Counted from the stretch's first letter, positions 48,832 to 58,174 are shown. The stretch: 64,000 nucleotides of DNA from Gammaproteobacteria bacterium (GCA_965115835.1 OZ220471.1:1292401-1356400); one strand, 5' to 3'. The notes: generated from the letters alone by a model not told the origin. Program-made: numbers and translations.

Positions 48832-49643
48832 AATTCGAAAGGGTTGCCGCCCTCGGAGCCGAGGTGTCCGGGATCGAACTCTCCCCGAACCTGTCGCAGA
48901 CCGCAATCGACGAGATCGAGCGGGGCCTGCTGGAACACCGGGTGCTGTTTTTCCGCGATCAGGGCTTGAGTGGCGAGGAACTGGTCGAATTCTCCCGGCG
49001 CTTCGGGAAAAGTTTCATTCAGCCGGCGCTGGCGCACAAATATCGGGAACTCCTGTTTCTCGAGAACGACAGGAACAAGCCCCCCACGCTCAATACCTTT
49101 CACCAGGACATGACCGGCCTCAAGCAACCCCCGGCGCTGCACATGCTGCATGCACTGGTGATTCCGGACGGCGGCGGCGACACCATGTGGGCCTGCAACT
49201 ACTGCGCCTACGAAGCTCTTTCAGAAAGCATGAAGCAGATCCTTTGCGGCTTGCGCTGCACCCACAGTGTGCTCCGGTACTACGGACCGATCATCGAGAC
49301 CTGGAAGAACAGCGCGGAAAAACGGAAGGAATTCGAGGCGGCCTTTCCGCCGGTATCACACCCTCTGGTAAGAACCCACCCGCAAACCGGCCGCAAATCG
49401 CTGTTCGTCAACCGCTTCTTCACCGACCGCATCGATGGCTTCACGGCGAAGGAAAGCGAGAACCTCCTCGAATTCCTGTACCGTCACATCGAAACACCGG
49501 AGTTCTGTGTCCGGCTGAGATGGAGGGTGGGGACGCTGGCCATCTGGGACAACCGCTGCACCTCTCACTACGCGGTGGCCGACTATTACCCGCAGCACCG
49601 CAAGATGCAGCGCGCGTCAGTCGCCGGCGACCCTGTTTTCTGA
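48828..49643 (+). CDS. TauD/TfdA-family Fe(II)/2-oxoglutarate dioxygenase
   Basis: A GTGA overlap couples it to the hydrolase gene. The HxD iron motif is in TFHQDMTG, and the distal His lies in IWDNRCTSHYAV. Confidence 0.75.
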   Translation: MKFERVAALGAEVSGIELSPNLSQTAIDEIERGLLEHRVLFFRDQGLSGEELVEFSRRFGKSFIQPALAHKYRELLFLENDRNKPPTLNTFHQDMTGLKQPPALHMLHALVIPDGGGDTMWACNYCAYEALSESMKQILCGLRCTHSVLRYYGPIIETWKNSAEKRKEFEAAFPPVSHPLVRTHPQTGRKSLFVNRFFTDRIDGFTAKESENLLEFLYRHIETPEFCVRLRWRVGTLAIWDNRCTSHYAVADYYPQHRKMQRASVAGDPVF

Positions 49644-49813
49644 ACCGCATGTCCCACGAAAGCAAGGAGCAGCGGGAAATATACAAACAGGTTGGCGCGC
49701 AGCGGGCTTGCCTCGTTTTCACGGTCAAGCACAACGCCTGACGTTCCATCGGCGGCTTGCGGGCGCTTCTTGGCGATGCGAACCGGTAGCCGGTCGGCCG
49801 AGGCAAGGACGGA

Positions 49814-51325
49814 TGGCGAAGAAGCTCCCGGCCAGCGCGCCTGCAATCAATACAACACCTGCACCCCGCGCTCCTCCAGCGCCGGGATGTGAATGCTCAG
49901 GGCATCCGGGTCCAGCGGGTTATCGCGCAGGTCCAGATACTCCAGGGCGGGCAATTCCGCCAGCGCCGCAATGTCCGCTACCTGATTCTGGCCGAGACTC
50001 AGCAACTCCAGCTTCTGCAACCCGGATAGCGCCGAAACATCCGCAACATCGTTGCCGTCCAGCACCAGCTGCTCCAGTTCCGCCAGCTGCAACAGCGGCG
50101 TCAGGTTGGAAATCTTGTTCCGGGCCAGAAACAGCTTGGTCAGGCTGGAAAGGGAAGAAAGCGCCGAAACATCCGAAATGCTGTTGTCGTCCAGCACCAG
50201 TTGCCTGAGCGCCGCCAATTGCGACAGCGGCGTCAGGTCGGAAACCGCGTTCCTCGCCAGAAACAGCTTGGTCAAGCCGGAGAAAGAAGAAAGCGGCGAC
50301 AGGTTCGAAATGCCGTTGCCGTCCAGGAACAACGTTTCGATCTGCGTCAGATTGGCCAGCGCGCCGATGTCCACCAACCCGCAGTCCCTCAGGTACAGGC
50401 CGCGAAGTTGTCGGAAGCCGGTGGACGGGAACCCGGAGAGCGGATTGCCGTTGAGATTCAGCGAGGCCAGACGGGGCAATGCCGCCAGCGCGGACACATC
50501 CGTGATCCGATTGTCGTTGAGCGACAGGCTGCGGAGCGTGGTCAGATCGGCCAGCAGCGAGACATCCTCAATTTGGTTGGCGCCCAGATGCAAGAAGGAG
50601 AGCTTGAGCAGAGCTTGCAGGGGCGACAGATCGGTAATCCCGTTGCCCGAGAGCGACAGCGTGCGCAATTCGGCGAACGCCGAAAGCAGGCTGAAGTCCG
50701 TAACGCCGATGTGGTCAAGACGCAGCGTCTCCAGCATTGTCAATCCTGACAGCGGCGACAGGTCCACAATCTGGCGGTTCGACGACAAGGTCAGGGTTTC
50801 GAGGCGGATCAGGCCGGCAAGCGGGGTGAGGTCCGAAGCGCCGATGCCGTCAAGACGCAGCGTCTCCAGCAGGATCAGTTCCGAAAGCGGCGACAGGTCC
50901 ACAATCTGCCGGTTCCACGACAAGTTCAGGGTTTTGAGACGAACCAGACCAACAAGCGGCGTGAGATCCGAAACGCCGGTGCGGTCAAGACGCAGCGTCT
51001 CCAGCAGCGCCAATCCCGAAAGCGGCGTGAGATCCATGATCCGGCGGTTCGACGACAAGTCCAGATTGCCGAGACGGGTCAGGCCGACAAGCGGCGTGAG
51101 ATCCGAAATCCGGTTGCCGCTCAAGTTCAGCGACTTCAGGCTCAAGGCTATTTCCAGACCGGTGAGGTCGGCCACGCCCGAACGGGTCGCATTCAGCCCT
51201 GACAGCAGCGCAACTTCCGTCTTGTTGCTGCGCGTAAGGTCGGTCGCGCCCAAAGCCCGGGCCACTACCCTTGCGAGACCGGCGTCCGGGAAGGACACGC
51301 CACCGCCACCGACAACCTCGACAAC
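49814..51325. repeat. dispersed repeat copy B (~1.51 kb) of the LRR cassette
   Basis: It is the partner of 7501..9080. Both proteins share VSFPDAGLARVV...ALGATDL at the cassette start and DLRDNPLD.DAL..HIPALEERGVQVLY at the end. Confidence 0.85.
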
Positions 51326-53872
51326 ATCCCCGACGCTCCCAACATCACCGCCGTCGCCATCATCGGTAGGGGCGGAGGGAGACCGGGTCGTGTCCGTCAC
51401 CGTCACGGTGACATTATCGATTCTGAGCGACGAGCCATAGTTGCTGTCGCTGCTGGCCGATGTGTGCGTCAGGGTCGCGGTGTCGTTGGTCCTGTCGTCA
51501 TCGGTTCCGGCGTTGACCGTCACCGTCTGCGCAGTGCCATAGTTGCCCGGCGTGAACGTCAGCGGCGAACCGGTCACCGTCACCTCGCCCGATTGGCCGC
51601 CCACCGTCACCGTCACGTTCGCCGCCGGCGCCGTGTTCAGATTCACGGCGTACGTGCCGCTGCTGCCTTCATTGATCGTCAGCGCGGTCGGCGCCACCAC
51701 CACGCGTGGAGTGCTCGCCGCAAACGGCGTCGCCGTCACCACATCCGACCAGGGGCCGTTGTTGCCGGCCCCCTGGCTGGCCCGGATGCGAAATTCGTAC
51801 GCCGTGCCGGCAGTCAGGCCGGTGATCGTCCGGCTCGTGGCGGCGCCGGTTCCCGCAACGAATGTCGCCGAGGCGGGCCAGGCGCCGCCGCTCGCCCTGC
51901 GCTGGTGGCCCCAGCGGGCGATGCGCTGGTTCGGCTGGGCGTCCCAGCTCAGGGTGACCTGACCCACGCCTGCCTCCGCGCTCAGCCCGGACGGCTTCGA
52001 CGGAACACCCTTCCAGACCATGGTGACCGTGGCCTGGCTCGACGCCACGCCGGCGCCGTTGGCGTTCACTGCCCGCACCTTGAAGGCATAGGCCGTCCCG
52101 GTGCTCAGGCCTGTCACCGTGTGGGTGATGGTCGTGGCGCTCGAACCCGGCACATTCCTCCATGCGCCGTCCTGCGAATACCGCCACCTGGTAATGCTGG
52201 CGTCGTTCGGATTGGTCCAGGACAGTACCGCCTGTCCGTTGCCGCTGCCCTGGACGGCGGTAAAGCCCGTCGGCTTGGCGGGGCGGGTCGAGCTGCCGGC
52301 CTCATCGTCGTCCCTGATCGTCAGGGTGAGCCTGCCGGTGGCCCAGCCGTCCTCGTAGCCGATGAGGTTGATCGTCTCGTCCGGTTCGTCCCGGGTATCG
52401 CCGAGTATGCGGACGACCTTCGTGCCCTGGGTCTGGCCTTCGGCGATAGGGACAATAACCCCATTCGGGAGGCACACGTCCGTGTCCTTCGGGAGCAGGG
52501 GCGGGTCGCAGGGGTCACGCCCCTTGCCGGAGGCAGTGGCTGTGCCAATGTCGCTGGGGTAACCCAGCGACACCGAGAAGTTCGTCGGCGCAGGCTCGCT
52601 GAGGGTGAAGGTGATGGTGACATCCGTCGAGCCGGAATCGCCCTCGGTGATCGTGGCCGACGGGGACGCCGACAACGTAATCGTCTTCTTGGGACTGGCG
52701 GCCTTCTCCGTCACGGTGACCGTGGTGGAGGTCGTGCCGGCCACGGCAGTGCCGTCACGGCCCTTCCAGCTCCAGGTGACGGTATGCGCGCCCACGCCCA
52801 GCGTGGCGCAGGGAAACAGATTGACGCCGAGGCCGGTCGTAATGCCGGCAGGCGCCTGCGTGATCGCGACGCGGTTATTCCCCTCGAGGTTCGCAAGCCG
52901 GTTAATGTACGAGTTTCCCCCGGTGCGTTGTTGTAGCCAGACGAGATTATCATTCCCCCTGACCTGCTTGACCGACAGCAGGTTGAAGCACACCAGCGTC
53001 GTCGCATCGGCCGACCCGACCGTGACGGTTTTATCCGGATCGGAGGTCAGCGTCGGGGTCGACCCCCGCGGCACGGCGCTGACCCAGCCAAGGTTGTGGA
53101 TCACGGAATGAGCGTGGGCGCCGCCCCCGCCGCTCATATACCGAATAGCGATATTGTAGGTCCTTCCGTTAACAAGATTTTCAATGTCAGCTGAGCGGGC
53201 GGCAGTATAGTCTGCAAGCTGTTTCCATGGGCCGCCGCCTGTTCCCTCAAAAGTCTGATGCTCCCAGTGACTGCCGACTTGACTACCGTGATAGGCCCAG
53301 CGGACCCGTATTTTGCTGTCCAGCCCGGTGGCGGACAAGATGATGAGGTCGTTCGGCACCACCGTGACACGGTTGGAAGTTGCAATATGAATCCCGCCAG
53401 GACGATTCGCTCGCAACTCGATCTGATATATCGCGCCGTTGGTCAGACCGGTTAGCGTCGCTGTGGGAGCCGTCGTCGCCGTTCCGGAAAAGGTTTTAGC
53501 TCCGGATACGCGGTACTGCCAACGAATTTGTCCGGTAATGCCGGTCCAGGTCCAGGACAGGTCGACCTTGCCGTTGCCCGGCGTTGCGGTGAGTGTAATG
53601 GACTGCGCTTGCGCGGTCTGCGGCGCGAGGGCGGCGGCGAGCGCAAGCAGGAAGACGCCGGCGAATGCCGCGTTCAGACGCCGTGGGGTTATCCGGGGGT
53701 ACGCGCTCACTGGCTCAGCCTCGCGCCTGAATTTCAGGGGGGGGGGGGTACAGGCAGGCCATGCGCCAAGTGCGCATGCGGCGCCCCGACCCCGCCCGAA
53801 ATGCCGCGCCAGCCAGCCCATCGCAGCCGACACGGCGCTGTCGCCTTCGAGTCTGTTACCCATCTTCGCCAT
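49847..53872 (-). CDS. giant secreted FN3 / Calx-beta-like / Ig-like repeat protein with a C-terminal LRR array
   Basis: The signal peptide is RRLNAAFAGVFLLALAAALAPQTAQA. Several FN3-like modules are present (for example PAKPTGFTAVQGSGNGQAVLSWTNP...TGTAYAFKVRAVNANG), plus a Calx-beta-like module ending LTIRDDDE, then ~19 LRRs. Candidate starts are ATG 53872 (AGGAGG-type SD 7 nt upstream), GTG 53710 and ATG 53902. Confidence 0.8.
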   Translation of the reverse strand: MAKMGNRLEGDSAVSAAMGWLARHFGRGRGAACALGAWPACTPPPLKFRREAEPVSAYPRITPRRLNAAFAGVFLLALAAALAPQTAQAQSITLTATPGNGKVDLSWTWTGITGQIRWQYRVSGAKTFSGTATTAPTATLTGLTNGAIYQIELRANRPGGIHIATSNRVTVVPNDLIILSATGLDSKIRVRWAYHGSQVGSHWEHQTFEGTGGGPWKQLADYTAARSADIENLVNGRTYNIAIRYMSGGGGAHAHSVIHNLGWVSAVPRGSTPTLTSDPDKTVTVGSADATTLVCFNLLSVKQVRGNDNLVWLQQRTGGNSYINRLANLEGNNRVAITQAPAGITTGLGVNLFPCATLGVGAHTVTWSWKGRDGTAVAGTTSTTVTVTEKAASPKKTITLSASPSATITEGDSGSTDVTITFTLSEPAPTNFSVSLGYPSDIGTATASGKGRDPCDPPLLPKDTDVCLPNGVIVPIAEGQTQGTKVVRILGDTRDEPDETINLIGYEDGWATGRLTLTIRDDDEAGSSTRPAKPTGFTAVQGSGNGQAVLSWTNPNDASITRWRYSQDGAWRNVPGSSATTITHTVTGLSTGTAYAFKVRAVNANGAGVASSQATVTMVWKGVPSKPSGLSAEAGVGQVTLSWDAQPNQRIARWGHQRRASGGAWPASATFVAGTGAATSRTITGLTAGTAYEFRIRASQGAGNNGPWSDVVTATPFAASTPRVVVAPTALTINEGSSGTYAVNLNTAPAANVTVTVGGQSGEVTVTGSPLTFTPGNYGTAQTVTVNAGTDDDRTNDTATLTHTSASSDSNYGSSLRIDNVTVTVTDTTRSPSAPTDDGDGGDVGSVGDVVEVVGGGGVSFPDAGLARVVARALGATDLTRSNKTEVALLSGLNATRSGVADLTGLEIALSLKSLNLSGNRISDLTPLVGLTRLGNLDLSSNRRIMDLTPLSGLALLETLRLDRTGVSDLTPLVGLVRLKTLNLSWNRQIVDLSPLSELILLETLRLDGIGASDLTPLAGLIRLETLTLSSNRQIVDLSPLSGLTMLETLRLDHIGVTDFSLLSAFAELRTLSLSGNGITDLSPLQALLKLSFLHLGANQIEDVSLLADLTTLRSLSLNDNRITDVSALAALPRLASLNLNGNPLSGFPSTGFRQLRGLYLRDCGLVDIGALANLTQIETLFLDGNGISNLSPLSSFSGLTKLFLARNAVSDLTPLSQLAALRQLVLDDNSISDVSALSSLSSLTKLFLARNKISNLTPLLQLAELEQLVLDGNDVADVSALSGLQKLELLSLGQNQVADIAALAELPALEYLDLRDNPLDPDALSIHIPALEERGVQVLY
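50698..51102. repeat. in-frame tandem repeat, 3 x 135 bp inside the giant LRR gene
   Basis: Units start at 50698, 50833 and 50968 and are homologous to the units at 8385..8789. Confidence 0.8.
53737..53748. repeat. homopolymer G12 (C12 on the coding strand) in the 5' region of the giant LRR gene
   Basis: The plus strand reads atttca-GGGGGGGGGGGG-tacagg. This is the longest homopolymer I saw in the window; the next is a C8 at 63966..63973. Confidence 0.95.
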
Positions 53873-53925
53873 GACACCGCCCTCCTGTCTGGAATTTCCC
53901 AATGCCTCGCAGGCGTAAGTTGGAA

Positions 53926-53931
53926 ATTATA
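53926..53931 (-). promoter_or_regulatory. candidate -10 box (TATAAT) upstream of the giant LRR gene
   Basis: The minus strand reads ggttgcggTATAATttcc, 54 nt upstream of ATG 53872, in a locally AT-richer spacer. The -35 match is weak (cTGAag with a 17-nt spacer). Confidence 0.3.
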
Positions 53932-54048
53932 CCGCAACCTGGACATCGCTTCAGCCACACGACGGCAGGAAATGTGGGAGCGGAGGACAAACCAAGGCAA
54001 TTCCGGCAGGGAGCAACACAGTAACTTGCTCCGGCGAGGATATTTGGG

Positions 54049-54861
54049 CTATGCGGCGTCGAGAAAGGCAAGCACTTCTTCGGCAATCGCGCATGCGCCC
54101 TCTTCCATGACGGAGCGGGTCACGTCCCGGCGTTCGACGAAGACGGCGCCGGGAATCGCGCGGGCGGCCTTGCGTGTGTGTTCCGCAAGCACGAATCGGG
54201 TGGCCACGACCAGCGTGGCGTGCCGAATGTCTCGGAACTGCGGCGCGCAATCGTAGGTGAGCGTGGCGTGATAGCCCCAGTTGGCGTGCTCGCCGGCGCG
54301 CAGGAGTTCCACGAAGTGGCCGAAGGCCCGCTCGAACGACATGCCCCCGAGCCGCCGGGTCACCGCGAATTCCCAGGCCGATGCAAGGCTGTTCAGTTTT
54401 TCGGTGTAGCGCACCCCGGCGGTGGATTCGGAATACCGCGCATCCTGCTCCCCGGGAGTGAAATACGGCACGTCGATCAGCGCCATCTTGCGTATCCGGG
54501 CGCGTTCGAGTCGGGCCATCTCCACCGCCAGCAGACAACCGCTGTGAAACCCGAGCAGGTCGAACGGCGCCCCGGCGAGCTCTCCGCAGGCGGCGAGCGC
54601 CTCGTGCATGGCGGCGGCGATTTCCTCCATGGAGAGCATTTTTGCGGGGGAATCCGACCCTCCGTATCCGGGGCAATCCGGGGCGCAGATCACTCGCCGG
54701 TCGCCCAGCAGGGGAGCGATCGTCTCGAAGTAGCGGCCGCTGTAGGGAAAGGGATGCAGGCACACAAGCGCCGGTGCGCCTGCGCCCGGCGCCTTGCCGG
54801 GCGTGTGCAAGCGGAGATGGATCTGGCCCGAACGGGTGGCTGCGTAGCTGCGAATCATCAT
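54049..54861 (-). CDS. alpha/beta-hydrolase-fold protein (paralog of 47893..48831)
   Basis: Motifs are GQIHLRLH, ALVCLHPFPYSG, PDCPGYGGSDSP and LLGFHSGCLLAVEMA. There is no signal peptide. Confidence 0.65.
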   Translation of the reverse strand: MMIRSYAATRSGQIHLRLHTPGKAPGAGAPALVCLHPFPYSGRYFETIAPLLGDRRVICAPDCPGYGGSDSPAKMLSMEEIAAAMHEALAACGELAGAPFDLLGFHSGCLLAVEMARLERARIRKMALIDVPYFTPGEQDARYSESTAGVRYTEKLNSLASAWEFAVTRRLGGMSFERAFGHFVELLRAGEHANWGYHATLTYDCAPQFRDIRHATLVVATRFVLAEHTRKAARAIPGAVFVERRDVTRSVMEEGACAIAEEVLAFLDAA

Positions 54862-54939
54862 GGGGAGATCCGCACACCCCTTGTCCCCCGGAGATAGCGC
54901 CGCAGCCGCTTGGCGGGCGCCGTCCGGCCGCCGTTTCCG

Positions 54940-56406
54940 CTATTCCCGGGCCAGCGCCGGCGCATACGAGAGGTTGGGCTTGCGCGCCGCAAGCACCTCG
55001 TCGGGGCGGCGGACGGGCAGGCGATGAGGCGCTGAAATCACCGCCTCGGGCTCGCTCAGCGCCTTGTCGCGAATCCGGACCATGGCGTCAACCAGGGCGT
55101 CCAGCGCTTCGGGGGACTCCGTTTCAGTGGGCTCGACAAGCAGGCACTCGGGCACCAGCAAGGGGAAATACACCGTGGGCGCATGAAACCCTTCGTCGAG
55201 CATGGCCTTGGCGAAATCGGCCGCGCTCACACCGGTATCTTCGCGCAGGCGTTTCAAACTCACGACGAACTCGTGGCCGGCGCGCCGGGACGGGTACGCC
55301 AGATCGAAGCCTTCCGCTGCGAGCCGGCACGCCAGATAGTTGGCGTTCAGGACCGCATGACCGGACACCCTTTGAAGCCCCTCCCGCCCCAGCATCCTCA
55401 TGTACGCCCAGGCGCGCAGCAACACGCCGATATTCCCGCCGTTGGCGGCCAGACGCCCTATGCTCCGGGGGCAGTCGGTCCGCCAGCGATACCCTCCCTT
55501 GCTCTGCTCCACCACCGGAACGGGAAGAAAGGGCTTGAGCGCAGCCGTCACGCCCACGGCGCCGGCGCCGGGTCCGCCGCCGCCGTGGGGCGTGGAAAAC
55601 GTCTTGTGGAGATTCAGGTGGACGGCGTCGAACCCCATGTCGCCGGGCAATACGCGGCCCAGCAAGGCGTTGAGGTTGGCGCCGTCGTAATACAGCAGCC
55701 CGCCGGCGGTGTGAACGCGCTCCGAGATCTCGAGAATGCGGCGCTCGAAAACGCCCAGGGTGGACGGATTGGTGAGCATGATGCCGGCGGTCCGAGGGCC
55801 CAGCGCGGCGTCCAGCGCCCCAAGGTCGATATCGCCGTCCTTGCCGGTGGCGATCTCGCGAACTTTCATGCCGCACATGGCCGCGGTGGCCGGATTGGTG
55901 CCATGGGCGGCGTCGGGCACGATGATTTCATCGCGGTCATGGTCCCCGCGCGACCGGTGATAGGCCCTGAACATCGCCACGCCGGCAAACTCTCCCTGCG
56001 CTCCCGCCATCGGCGCCAGGGAGACGGCTTCCATGCCCGTCACCCGGGCGAGCATTTCCTGAAGTTCGTGCAGACACTCCAAAAGCCCCTGAGCGGCCGA
56101 ATCGGGGGTGGCCGGATGCATATCCAGAAAGCCCGGCAGCGAGGCCAGGCGGTGGCAGGCCCGCGGGTTGTACTTCATGGTGCAGGAGCCCAGCGGATAG
56201 CTGTTGGTGTCTATGCAGAAGTTGAGTTGCGAAAGGCGCGTGTAGTGGCGCACCGCATCCAGTTCGGAAACCTCCGGCAGGGGCGCGTCCCGCTCCCGGA
56301 TCAGTTCCTCCGGCAGGCCTGCCGGTTGCGGGACAGCGCCTGCCGGCGCCTGCGCCCGCGCCCGCCGGCCCGGGTGCGAAATTTCGAAAATCAGCTTACG
56401 CGGCAT
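54940..56406 (-). CDS. gcvPB: glycine dehydrogenase (decarboxylating) subunit 2
   Basis: Motifs are [12 protein letters not shown] and [18 protein letters not shown] (PLP-Lys region). Confidence 0.9.
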   Translation of the reverse strand: MPRKLIFEISHPGRRARAQAPAGAVPQPAGLPEELIRERDAPLPEVSELDAVRHYTRLSQLNFCIDTNSYPLGSCTMKYNPRACHRLASLPGFLDMHPATPDSAAQGLLECLHELQEMLARVTGMEAVSLAPMAGAQGEFAGVAMFRAYHRSRGDHDRDEIIVPDAAHGTNPATAAMCGMKVREIATGKDGDIDLGALDAALGPRTAGIMLTNPSTLGVFERRILEISERVHTAGGLLYYDGANLNALLGRVLPGDMGFDAVHLNLHKTFSTPHGGGGPGAGAVGVTAALKPFLPVPVVEQSKGGYRWRTDCPRSIGRLAANGGNIGVLLRAWAYMRMLGREGLQRVSGHAVLNANYLACRLAAEGFDLAYPSRRAGHEFVVSLKRLREDTGVSAADFAKAMLDEGFHAPTVYFPLLVPECLLVEPTETESPEALDALVDAMVRIRDKALSEPEAVISAPHRLPVRRPDEVLAARKPNLSYAPALARE

Positions 56407-57781
56407 GCCGCCCCCTTCCTCCGGGCGAAGGTTGCTCGCGCATTACCCTTTCCATGGCCGAGGCGTAGAACTCGATTTCCTCCGTCGTGCGCATTTCGGT
56501 TGCGCACACCAGCAGCGCATTGCCCAGTTCCGGGTAGTCCGCCGAAACATCGATGCCGCCAAGGATGCCCTCCCCGACCAACGCGGCCAGAACGGGCGCT
56601 ACCGGCCGGTCCAGGCACAGGATATCCTCGTGAAAGAAAGGCGCATCCCAGGCCCGCCGGATCCCGCGGATGGCCGTCAGCGCCTCTGTCAGTTCCGCTG
56701 CCCTTGCGTGGCAGGCCGCCGCCACCCGGCGCAGACCCTGACCGCCCAACAGCGCCATGTACAGCGTGGCCGCGACCACCATCAGACCCTGGTTGGTGCA
56801 GATATTGGAGGTGGCCCGGCTGCGGCGGATGTGCTGCTCGCGCGCCTGCAGGGTCAGCACGTAGGCCGGATCGCCCGCCAAATCGACGGTCCTCCCGGCC
56901 AGACGCCCGGGTATCTGGCGAAGATGGCGGGCCTTGCAGGCCAAAAGCCCCAGGTAGGGGCCGCCGCCGGACATGGGAATACCCAGGGGCTGGCCTTCGC
57001 CACAGACAATATCGGCGCCCCATTCTCCCGGGGGCCGCAGCGCTCCCAGCGCCACAGGGTTGGCGCCCACCACCAGCAGGGCCTGTTCCCGGTCGGCCCT
57101 CGCCCTCCAGGCGCCGAGGTCCGGAAGGCCTCCCAGATAGCTCGGCGTGGCCACGGCGAACGCCGCGAAACCGCCGCCGGGATCCCGGTCCAGCGGCCCG
57201 AAATCGGCCCCGCCATTCGCATCCAGCGGCACTTCCACCAACTCGATCTCCTGTCCTTTCAGCAGCGTTGCCGCCACGGACCGCCAGGCCGGATGCAGCG
57301 ATCGGGCCACCGCAATCCGGCGCGAGGCCGACTGCCGGTTGCAGCGCACCGCCATCAGACAGGCTTCGGCGAAGGCGGTGGCGCCGTCGTACAGCGACGC
57401 ATTGGCGACCTCCATGCCGGTCAGCCCGGCAATCATGGTCTGGTACTCGTAGGTCAGCTGCAGGGAACCCTGGGCGGCTTCCGCCTGGTACGGCGTGTAG
57501 TTGCTGTAAAACTCGCCACGCGAGGCGATGTCCCATACCGCCGCCGGAATGTGATGCTCGTATGCGCCGCCGCCGGCGAAACACACCAGCGGGCGGTTAC
57601 GCCGGGCGCGCTCCCTGGCAATCCGGCCTATTCCGGCTTCGTCCAGCCCGGGAAAAATTTCCGGTGGCTCGGCGCGCAGCAGCGCCGCCGGAATCTCGTC
57701 GTACAGATCGCCCATGGCGCCCGCGCCCAGGCGCCGCAGCATGTCCCGAACCTGCGAGGAGGTGTGCGGAACAAAGGGCAT
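56396..57781 (-). CDS. gcvPA: glycine dehydrogenase (decarboxylating) subunit 1
   Basis: Motifs are [31 protein letters not shown] and [18 protein letters not shown]. Confidence 0.9.
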   Translation of the reverse strand: MPFVPHTSSQVRDMLRRLGAGAMGDLYDEIPAALLRAEPPEIFPGLDEAGIGRIARERARRNRPLVCFAGGGAYEHHIPAAVWDIASRGEFYSNYTPYQAEAAQGSLQLTYEYQTMIAGLTGMEVANASLYDGATAFAEACLMAVRCNRQSASRRIAVARSLHPAWRSVAATLLKGQEIELVEVPLDANGGADFGPLDRDPGGGFAAFAVATPSYLGGLPDLGAWRARADREQALLVVGANPVALGALRPPGEWGADIVCGEGQPLGIPMSGGGPYLGLLACKARHLRQIPGRLAGRTVDLAGDPAYVLTLQAREQHIRRSRATSNICTNQGLMVVAATLYMALLGGQGLRRVAAACHARAAELTEALTAIRGIRRAWDAPFFHEDILCLDRPVAPVLAALVGEGILGGIDVSADYPELGNALLVCATEMRTTEEIEFYASAMERVMREQPSPGGRGRHAA

Positions 57782-57787
57782 GTCGGA

Positions 57788-58174
57788 TCAGGACTCCAGA
57801 AGCTCCGCGTACTGGTCCGAGTCCATCAGATCCCCCCATTCGGCGGGATCTTCCGGCGTCATCCGAAACAACCACCCGGAGCCATAGGGGTCCTCCGAAA
57901 TCAACTCCGGCGATTCCTTGAGAGCATCGTTTACGGAAACGACCTCGCCTCCCACCGGCGCGTACACATCGCTGGCCGCCTTGACCGATTCCACCACCGC
58001 GCAGATGTCGCCGGCCACGAACGAAGCGCCTGCTTCGGGGGTGTCCACATACACCAGATCGCCCAGCTGCTCCTGCGCATAGTCGGTCAACCCCACCACC
58101 AGCACGCCGTCGTCTTCCAGACGCGCCCATTCGTGCTCGCTGGTGTATTTGAGATCAGTTGGAATTTCAGACAC
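57788..58174 (-). CDS. gcvH: glycine cleavage system H protein
   Basis: Motifs are LKYTSEHEW and the lipoyl-Lys motif VESVKAASDVYAPV. The start is GTG. Confidence 0.95.
   Translation of the reverse strand: MSEIPTDLKYTSEHEWARLEDDGVLVVGLTDYAQEQLGDLVYVDTPEAGASFVAGDICAVVESVKAASDVYAPVGGEVVSVNDALKESPELISEDPYGSGWLFRMTPEDPAEWGDLMDSDQYAELLES

Noticed and set aside
7501-53902. A 42-kb segment bracketed by the two direct LRR-cassette repeats, considered as a possible genomic island or excisable element
   Set aside because: The interior is dominated by core genes (ubiG, rmuC, scpAB, apbC, bolA, yciB, metG and the ACIII operon). It has no integrase, tRNA or att-like features. The repeats are paralogous coding cassettes, not element ends.
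55183-57921. Very long ORFs antisense to real genes, for example 55183..57921 (+, 912 aa), 16931..19447 (+, 838 aa), 31889..34216 (+, 775 aa), 34994..36577 (-, 527 aa), 39766..41043 (-), 46745..47971 (-) and 59287..61104 (+)
   Set aside because: Their translations are Arg/Pro/Gly/Ala-rich with no motifs. Each lies opposite a gene with clear family signatures. These are typical shadow ORFs of high-GC DNA.
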